From IMG/VR virus record IMGVR_UViG_3300014656_000018, positions 1 to 64,000 of that record: a DNA stretch of 64,000 bases. One strand, 5' to 3'. The translations under genes and the position numbers were made by a program. Under the pieces are notes generated by a model. It saw only the letters and a list, made by a program, of their open reading frames with translations, was not told where the DNA came from and searched no databases. The DNA comes from a virus. Below are positions 56,865 to 64,000 of the stretch, one piece after another; the stretch's first letter is position 1; the number at the start of each line of letters is the position of its first letter.

Positions 56865-57349
56865 ACACTTATCTCTTTGGAGGCCCCAAAACCCTTCATG
56901 GAGCCAAGCTCTTCATGAATCATCCGATCAAGCTCGGCCGGAAGCTTATCCGGAAACTGCTTTAACAGCTGCTCCATAGCAATCTTCAGCTTCTCGGTAC
57001 CCTCCGGATTGGACTCAATCTTCAGCTGCTTTGCTGCATACTCCTCCGCATAAGCAATAGCCTTCCTCACAGCCTCCCTGGTAACAGCATCTCTTTGAGT
57101 ATTCAAAGAGAAGCCAATCTTTTTAGCCAACAGACTGAGTACCCAACCTAGAAGAGCGGCAAGAAAGGCAGATATTACTGGAAGAAGAGCACCTAAGATT
57201 TGCCCGCCAACAGTTGAGAAGAAATCAGTTTGCGGAACAGCCGTAGGGATCATCTCAACCATAGCTGGAGATGCTGGAAGAGGAACTCCTTGAGCAAAAG
57301 CCAAAACTGAAAAAAGGAGTAGAGAGATAAAAAATAATAATCTACACAT
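56861..57349 (-). CDS. Holin, LL-H-like
   Basis: TM then AVRKAIAYAEE...GTEKLKIA pattern; extra N-terminal signal-like segment. Confidence 0.55.
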   Translation of the reverse strand: MCRLLFFISLLLFSVLAFAQGVPLPASPAMVEMIPTAVPQTDFFSTVGGQILGALLPVISAFLAALLGWVLSLLAKKIGFSLNTQRDAVTREAVRKAIAYAEEYAAKQLKIESNPEGTEKLKIAMEQLLKQFPDKLPAELDRMIHEELGSMKGFGASKEISV

Positions 57350-57359
57350 GAGGATCTCC

Positions 57360-57803
57360 TTATACTGTTTCAAAAATTTGAAAATAAGCTATAGCAGAGC
57401 CGGATGTCCACACATTAGCACCACCAGCCTGGTTACTTACTCTTATTGTAGTATCACCTGCCTTTGCGCTGTTGTAAGAATAATGAATAGGTGAGAAAGC
57501 AACCGCATCCCAAAGAAGAGGCCCTAAAGCGTCTACCTGTTCTGGCTGCATCCAATTAGTAACTGCAGTTGTCATATCAGCAACAACCAGCTGTAAAAAT
57601 CCTGAAACACTACTTGTCACACCAATATCTAAGGTTGGTACCGTAACAGTACCAAAAGCCGTAGTAACTTTTACCCAACAACGTTGTATTACCTGTCCTT
57701 GTGATAAGGTAAATAAAGAAGTATCTGCTTCAACTTGCGCAGAAGTAAAAGGTACGCCTATAATTCGAACCACACCTCTTAGAAGTTCCCCAGGTATCGA
57801 CAT
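57360..57803 (-). CDS. Small beta-sandwich virion protein
   Basis: VKVTTAF...TLDIG pattern; follows the tail fibre gene. Confidence 0.5.
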   Translation of the reverse strand: MSIPGELLRGVVRIIGVPFTSAQVEADTSLFTLSQGQVIQRCWVKVTTAFGTVTVPTLDIGVTSSVSGFLQLVVADMTTAVTNWMQPEQVDALGPLLWDAVAFSPIHYSYNSAKAGDTTIRVSNQAGGANVWTSGSAIAYFQIFETV

Positions 57804-57815
57804 GTGTACTCCTTC

Positions 57816-60800
57816 TTACGCTGGAGCCATATGAAGTGCTAAATCAACATAAGTAAAAGCTGCATCAGAATCAGCCAAAGCTATACCAATCACCCAAGGG
57901 TTAACACCCGTAACTACATTATGTACCTTTCCTACATCAACTCCTGTTTGTAGATAGCAGATATCCCCCCTACTTATAGCAACACCCGCTACCTTCTGTA
58001 CCTGAGCAAACCCCGATGTCTGTACACTTGGGGCGCCCATAAGCACATCATGTGTCTCCAAATCTGGGCATTTGATTCCTATTGGACCTTTACCTACTAT
58101 GGCCGAGTCTGCATAGTCCAGCTGATAGCCAAGAGGGCCATCAGCAGGGCTGGCCGTATTTAATGTTACAACATAGCCAACACTTATGGGAGCGGGATCA
58201 TCAACAAACCAATTAGGAGAGGGCCCATAGAAAGTGTCTGTGGCGACCTGCCCAGCAATAGCTGGAGAGATATCTACAGTGTTGATGTCGATCCAGTTGG
58301 ATATGATAGAACCTGTATTCCTGGTTATGTTCCAAATAGCGTCCCCGTTTCTTGCATGCCTGAACGCTCCTGTAGCAGTTATTATCGTATCATTATCAGT
58401 TAAACCGACCATGGTGTTGATTCTGTTATTAGCACAAGCACCGGTTGTACCACTTAGACCACCACCCTGAATTTGTGACGCTGTGAAATAAGTAGGTCCA
58501 GGACCGATAGGATCTGTAATAGGCCAAAAATCGAAAGCGGAGCTAATAGTACCGAGTGTGTCTTGGCAACATAGGAACCTTCTGTAACCCCCACCAAGCA
58601 TGATATTTCCAGTCTCACCCACAACAAGCGAAGTACAATCCCCAGGTGTATGGTTAGCTGTAGCATGACCAATACCTATAGCCCTATTATCCACACCAAA
58701 ACCAAAACTTCTATACATAGGTGTAAATGTCTGGGAGCTATAGGCACCAGCAACAAGAGAATCATATGTACAATTAACACGAGAATTGGTGCTACTACCT
58801 AAACCTATACTAACAATATTTGGGAACACAGTTGGTACGGCGGCATCTAAATCCTTGTCATACCAACCAAAGCTGTACTTAACATTGTTAGCAGCCGTGT
58901 GATCCACCTGGAAAAAAGTTTTATCCGCCGCCCCAACCCAATCCCACTCCAGCTTATTGGAAACATTTGCTACATTTAACAGCTCCCAGGCTGTAGTACC
59001 AATCTGCTCATACCCAGTGGTAAGGGCTTGGACGGTAAGACGCATATCTCCAGCATTGGTGATATTATTTATCTTAAAAATGCTGTGTTTATTTGGTCCC
59101 CCAGCTTCTGTACCAGATGATGCGACATCACACGTCACGTATCGTGCTTCACCAGCCCCTGAAGCTCCCGCATCAAGGGTAAGTGCTGTATATTCATTAA
59201 TATTTCTAAAAGATAACCACTTGGTTTGCTGGGCGCCAAAATGGAGATCCAGGGATCTAATTAGTCCCGTTAAGGTAGAATCAGTATCTATAATAGAGCC
59301 ATTTAGCCTTAAATTTCCTGTATAATCTACCGAAAATACCTCATCTTCTGTATCAACCACATTTGGTAATCCGGTTTCTGCTGTGCTAATAGCATAGAAA
59401 TGATAACCACCAGCTTTGCATTTTATCGATCTGTAATTAGTTGCACTAAGAGTACTCGTATATGTCTGATGGACGTGCTCAGCACCGCCTAAGACCATAC
59501 CAGTAGCAGTTTGGGAATTTGTCCATATAGAAATATCATAAATCTGGATAAATGCAGCCTCATTAGTAAAAGCGGCTACGGTACCATCAAGATTTTGCAG
59601 AGTTAGAGTATCATTTACATCGTCAACATCAATTACAAGGTAGAAACCTTGCTCAGCTACGAGACCCCCCGTAATGTGTGCTATAGTAGCCCAAGGAATG
59701 ATATTACTAAGGTCTACACCTATTGAATAAATGATTTCATCAGCTGGACCTGCAGGTTTTTTTGTTATAGCTATAGCTACAAGGGATAAATTATCTATGA
59801 AGCAACGCTCAAGAGTTAGCATACCAGCAAAAGGAAGACTGTTTCCTATACTGGATGTATTAGTTATACCTACATATCCATTTTTACTACTTACCAAGGA
59901 AGAGTCTATCTCTAAAAGGGTATTATAATCATTTACAGGAACTGAATTGGTGGCCTGTATTCGTACAGATCCTGTATCAGCTAGAATAGTCCTACCACCA
60001 CCAGCTGTTGGCAACAGAGGAAAAGCAAAGTTCAGATCATAAGCATCATCAAGACCACAGGTAGCCAGGTGTGTTAGTAGAGCAGCAAATGCTCCTCCTT
60101 CCTCTTCCGCCGCTCTGATCTTAATCTTGGTCAGGCTGTCTGCTTCCAGAGGAAAGCACATGGAGGTAGGCAGACCCACACCGGTAACGGCAGAACATAT
60201 AGGCTGCTTGGATATACCGAAAACTAGGTAAACTGTAGTAACACCAGCAATCAAAGAAGGGTCATAGTTGAGTTGAACTACAGGGCTAACCCAGAAACGT
60301 CCATTGGAGTTTATTGTTACAGTACCGGCTGTTCCAACTGTAACATCCAAAGATCTGGATGGATCCTGTAGACACCTAAGCTCTATCTCTGTAGTACTGA
60401 GAACTTTGTGTACTTCCCAATCCAGTGTACCGGCATTGGTATCATTGGCTACATCATTACCAGCAATGACAGCTATGTCACCGGGACATACAGGTCTGAT
60501 AATAGGGGCAATACCAGGCTCCTGATTCCATGTAGCTGTAGCACAGGTAACCGTATGTCTCGTTAATGCTGTTATATTAGCAGCCGCATGTATCTGGCGG
60601 TTTTCATAGGCACCAAGTGTCTGACCACCGTTAGCAATAGTATCAGTCTTCACACCATTAGGAACAACAACACATGTAGTGCCAGCAGAGTCTATCTCGT
60701 TAAAGTCCTGGTCCAGTACACTGAAACCCGTGGCTAAAACGGCTGCGGTATTTCCACCAAGACCAACAAGTGCCCTGATAGCCTGATTCGTTCCCGGGGT

Positions 60801-61085
60801 GTCAACATAGATCTCGAATGTAGCAGGATCTATATCAGTAGTTACATTGACTATAGTAGGAATAGCTATCTCAGATAGTACACTTCTGGAGAGCCAATCC
60901 GTGTTCTCCTGCACTGAACCTAAAGCCCTATTGAAGGCTTCACTGGTGGCATTCTCCCCGAATGCCATAAAGCGGGTACCGGTAGGCTGAGTAGTTAATG
61001 GGTCTGTGCTGTTGGGTGGGCTATCAGCAGCACCTACTACGGTTGCCCCACGAAGAACAGAGTGAAGGGAATACTCAGTTGCCAT
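57816..61085 (-). CDS. Tail fibre / receptor-binding protein
   Basis: 1089 aa; FGENATSEAFNRAL...ENTDWL anchor; GLDDAYD...GGGRTI; AT-rich central part; cement-like C-terminal domain. Confidence 0.7.
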   Translation of the reverse strand: MATEYSLHSVLRGATVVGAADSPPNSTDPLTTQPTGTRFMAFGENATSEAFNRALGSVQENTDWLSRSVLSEIAIPTIVNVTTDIDPATFEIYVDTPGTNQAIRALVGLGGNTAAVLATGFSVLDQDFNEIDSAGTTCVVVPNGVKTDTIANGGQTLGAYENRQIHAAANITALTRHTVTCATATWNQEPGIAPIIRPVCPGDIAVIAGNDVANDTNAGTLDWEVHKVLSTTEIELRCLQDPSRSLDVTVGTAGTVTINSNGRFWVSPVVQLNYDPSLIAGVTTVYLVFGISKQPICSAVTGVGLPTSMCFPLEADSLTKIKIRAAEEEGGAFAALLTHLATCGLDDAYDLNFAFPLLPTAGGGRTILADTGSVRIQATNSVPVNDYNTLLEIDSSLVSSKNGYVGITNTSSIGNSLPFAGMLTLERCFIDNLSLVAIAITKKPAGPADEIIYSIGVDLSNIIPWATIAHITGGLVAEQGFYLVIDVDDVNDTLTLQNLDGTVAAFTNEAAFIQIYDISIWTNSQTATGMVLGGAEHVHQTYTSTLSATNYRSIKCKAGGYHFYAISTAETGLPNVVDTEDEVFSVDYTGNLRLNGSIIDTDSTLTGLIRSLDLHFGAQQTKWLSFRNINEYTALTLDAGASGAGEARYVTCDVASSGTEAGGPNKHSIFKINNITNAGDMRLTVQALTTGYEQIGTTAWELLNVANVSNKLEWDWVGAADKTFFQVDHTAANNVKYSFGWYDKDLDAAVPTVFPNIVSIGLGSSTNSRVNCTYDSLVAGAYSSQTFTPMYRSFGFGVDNRAIGIGHATANHTPGDCTSLVVGETGNIMLGGGYRRFLCCQDTLGTISSAFDFWPITDPIGPGPTYFTASQIQGGGLSGTTGACANNRINTMVGLTDNDTIITATGAFRHARNGDAIWNITRNTGSIISNWIDINTVDISPAIAGQVATDTFYGPSPNWFVDDPAPISVGYVVTLNTASPADGPLGYQLDYADSAIVGKGPIGIKCPDLETHDVLMGAPSVQTSGFAQVQKVAGVAISRGDICYLQTGVDVGKVHNVVTGVNPWVIGIALADSDAAFTYVDLALHMAPA

Positions 61086-61088
61086 ATC

Positions 61089-61826
61089 TTAAAACCTCCA
61101 CTCCCAGACTACTTCCAGCTGGAAGAGCGGTGTCTTCGTAATCGTTGCAAAGGTATTATACGCTACCATTCCTATCGCACCAGCGCCTTCTACCGGAGAT
61201 GTATGAATAATACTATTTGCCGCCGATGTAAAAAGACCGATCTCAGATAGTGGTACACTTGTTCCATAGGTGGGCTGAAGCGCATAGCTAATATCTGTCT
61301 CTACAGCTACTCTCCGAAAACGGATAGTGAAATTGTTTGGGGCATAGGCTGTGTCTGTAAGATCCTGCCCAACAACCTGGGCCAGATAGAATATTGTAGC
61401 TCCGTTTCTTACATATTCCACAGGGCTTTCCAGACCGTATCTGGTTACTACCTCTGTGAAGGTACCCACTCCCGGAGGTGTAACCCCCTGCATAGTTCCA
61501 CCAACACCATACGCTATATAACGCACCCTGTACTTGCTATCCTCCTGTACATTTGTTGCAGCATCAAAAGCATTCACGTTCAGGTTAGATGCTGGTGTGT
61601 CTACAGGAATCATATCCGGGTACGATAAGGCTGAACAAAGGCCTCGTAACCATTGCCTACCCGTATTGGTTACGACATTGTGACTCTCTCTCCTACCAAC
61701 GATCTTCCCCCGCTCCCGCATGGTCAGAAAGACATTATTCTGAACCTGTAGATGCTCGGGGATATCCAGAGAGCCGTTTGATCTCCGAAATCTATTTATG
61801 AGCTTCTTTAGAACGCTGAATCCCAT
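61089..61826 (-). CDS. Baseplate/tail-collar protein
   Basis: HNVVTNTGRQWL...YIAYGVG...SEIGLF...F.TITK....LEV.WE.RF. Confidence 0.7.
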   Translation of the reverse strand: MGFSVLKKLINRFRRSNGSLDIPEHLQVQNNVFLTMRERGKIVGRRESHNVVTNTGRQWLRGLCSALSYPDMIPVDTPASNLNVNAFDAATNVQEDSKYRVRYIAYGVGGTMQGVTPPGVGTFTEVVTRYGLESPVEYVRNGATIFYLAQVVGQDLTDTAYAPNNFTIRFRRVAVETDISYALQPTYGTSVPLSEIGLFTSAANSIIHTSPVEGAGAIGMVAYNTFATITKTPLFQLEVVWEWRF

Positions 61827-61834
61827 CTTGTTCC

Positions 61835-64000
61835 TCAGCTGGTGATGAGGTGATCTATTATCATGTCTGGATCAGACGGTGGTTTTGATAGACCCTTATG
61901 TCCGACAACACGAAGTATGTATCCGCTGGATACCGAGGCTCCGGCTGGCCTGATATTACTCATGGCATCTATCTGAAAATCCTCATAGAACACTTCTTCT
62001 GGAACCCCCAGCACAGCTGCTGCACCACCATCCAACCACCAGTGTAAACCATTTCCCGGTATAGTGGTACTATGCATATTCGGTTGGCGAATACCACCTG
62101 CCTCAACGGGGGTTAGATTTATTTCCATGGTCAAGAAATCGTCCAGTATCAAACCCTGATCTACTCTCGGCCCAAGCTGGGGAGCACCAAATCCGATGTC
62201 ATAATCCATGTTGATACGTATACGCTGATTCACTGTATGAGTATAGGGAACAATCCCACCATCTATGGTATACTTTGGCTGCCTTACACCATCATCCAAA
62301 TACTTGAAGGATTTATTTACACCATCTCCACCCTCAAAAACAACGTGAGGTCCCTGAAGTGTGAAACATTTCCCGGTATCCCCTATCGTCAGTGCTACCG
62401 GAGCACCAAGACCATCAAGCAGTGAAATATTTATCTGTGTGTTGACAGAGGTCATGAGGTCATAAACACCATCATCATTCAGGGTTCCCTCAATAACCAC
62501 ATAGGAGTAGACCGAAGTATCTATGTAGTTGGAGTCGATCCAAGCAACTGTGAGGTTATCTGCCAGAGGACCAATGACAAAATCTATTTTTGGGCTGGTT
62601 CTGTCCAGAGAGAACTCCAGATCTACAGCCGTTCCAGTCCAGCTGCCATTTCCATCATAGGCGTCCAGCATACAAGCGGTCGGATGGCCAACCTGATCAA
62701 GCGGAGCACCACCAGAAGGCTGATCCGGAGCACCTCTAGGATTGTCATAAAGGAAGAGGGTACCATCCTTGTAATCATCATCTCCCACCTGGATGTAGTC
62801 ATCATCTAAAGTAAGAAGTGCAGATAGAATCGGACTGGTGTAGACAGGCTTCAGCCTATTAACAAAGGTAGCAACGAAGGAGAAATTCGTTGTATCCACA
62901 GCCGCAGCTGTATCAACCTGAACTCTGAAGAGGAAGAACTTCTCCACCTCCGTCATCAAGCCTTGATCTACATGAATGAGGAACCATCTAGGTGTATTGA
63001 CATAATCCTCTACGGTTACCCCATTAGAAAGCGGGGCAAACTGCTCCACCACATCTCCGGCCACATAAGCAGATGACGTAGCTGGATTGGTGGCAACACC
63101 TACCGCAAGAGGATATCTATAAGATCTGAGGATAGCTGTGTTCTCGTTATCCTGAATTAGAATTCTTCCGTGTGTCAGGCTATACTGATTGTTTATCTCC
63201 GTGATCACCCCAGCCTTCTCCGAAAAGGGAAGACCAAAAAATATCTGTGCACCCAATCTGATGTTACTTATCTTTGGGCCACCGAAGAAAGCAAACCATA
63301 GAGCCTGAACAGCAGACAGATAATCAACCCCCGATGTAGAGTCTGATAGGGTGTCTCTAGTAAGACCAGCCAACCTGCCAAAGTTGCCCTCAATTCTTTC
63401 CTCATTATTGAAGTAGCTAACCTCTCCCCACAGATTATCTGGAGGTAGGCTTGAGGAGGAGAAAGTTCCGGAGGCAAAGGATATCGCCCCAGACCCGACA
63501 GTATAGTGCTGGTTCTCGTATAGCTTGCTGGTTGGGGCAGCTATGGGAAACTTCAGCTTGGGGACGCTATCCAAATCATCATCAGTGGGTATCTGGTGAA
63601 TTCGCACGATACCGGAGTAGGTGTACGTATATTCGGTAGAAGTAAGACTACTTAGCACAGCCAGAAGATTTGTACTGTCAAAAGCAGCTCTGTAATCTAT
63701 AACCCCCAGAACCTCGCAATGGACATCCTGACTGGTACCTGTGCTGGTGCTCCTGACACTAAAGCGTACAAGATCACCGGCCTGCACCAGCTCATCATCT
63801 TCCAGGTTGAGTAAGGAGGTTATGTACGGTGCATTTCTCCAGGAAAATGATGCTGAGGGCCTGATAACCTGCCAGGATTTATCCACAACAGGAAGAGCAA
63901 TCTCCAAGACAGGACCACCAGGGATTGCAGAGTCCAACGTCAGAACCTTGGTGGTAATTCCCCCAGAGCTGATGTTGGATATGCCACACAGAGCTGTCTT
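61835..64000 (-). CDS. Baseplate wedge-like protein (partial, starts beyond the window)
   Basis: Frame open to 64000; GPKISNIR.G...GLP and NRLKPVYT wedge-like motifs. Confidence 0.6.
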   Translation of the reverse strand, partial: KTALCGISNISSGGITTKVLTLDSAIPGGPVLEIALPVVDKSWQVIRPSASFSWRNAPYITSLLNLEDDELVQAGDLVRFSVRSTSTGTSQDVHCEVLGVIDYRAAFDSTNLLAVLSSLTSTEYTYTYSGIVRIHQIPTDDDLDSVPKLKFPIAAPTSKLYENQHYTVGSGAISFASGTFSSSSLPPDNLWGEVSYFNNEERIEGNFGRLAGLTRDTLSDSTSGVDYLSAVQALWFAFFGGPKISNIRLGAQIFFGLPFSEKAGVITEINNQYSLTHGRILIQDNENTAILRSYRYPLAVGVATNPATSSAYVAGDVVEQFAPLSNGVTVEDYVNTPRWFLIHVDQGLMTEVEKFFLFRVQVDTAAAVDTTNFSFVATFVNRLKPVYTSPILSALLTLDDDYIQVGDDDYKDGTLFLYDNPRGAPDQPSGGAPLDQVGHPTACMLDAYDGNGSWTGTAVDLEFSLDRTSPKIDFVIGPLADNLTVAWIDSNYIDTSVYSYVVIEGTLNDDGVYDLMTSVNTQINISLLDGLGAPVALTIGDTGKCFTLQGPHVVFEGGDGVNKSFKYLDDGVRQPKYTIDGGIVPYTHTVNQRIRINMDYDIGFGAPQLGPRVDQGLILDDFLTMEINLTPVEAGGIRQPNMHSTTIPGNGLHWWLDGGAAAVLGVPEEVFYEDFQIDAMSNIRPAGASVSSGYILRVVGHKGLSKPPSDPDMIIDHLITS

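Overview
The window is 64 kb of a large tailed (myovirus-like) dsDNA bacteriophage genome, not cellular DNA. Minus-strand operons encode virion functions: HK97-type major capsid protein, prohead protease, scaffold-like and internal proteins, GpA-type terminase, portal, baseplate spike, baseplate and tail fibre proteins, repeat-rich decoration proteins and a holin/spanin-like cluster. Plus-strand operons encode early genes and a replication/recombination module (SF2 helicase, family-4 UDG, DnaB, primase, SSB, Top6A/Spo11-like protein, PolA, RecA, nucleases). Main observations: (1) a single-chain fused beta-beta' RNA polymerase sits in the virion operon, with SADFDGD instead of NADFDGD and no beta' N-terminal Zn domain. 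(2) A recurring [YW]xDE-hydrophobic-x-KI[AS] tag and many K-x-A sites occur on unrelated late proteins, including a SNF2 ATPase and a 48-aa ORF missing from the ORF track. I infer a protease-processed capsid cargo loading system. (3) Two promoter classes sit back-to-back at each divergent junction. (4) A tRNA-Ile(UAU) matches very heavy ATA codon use. All functional calls come from motif recognition by eye; no database search was run.
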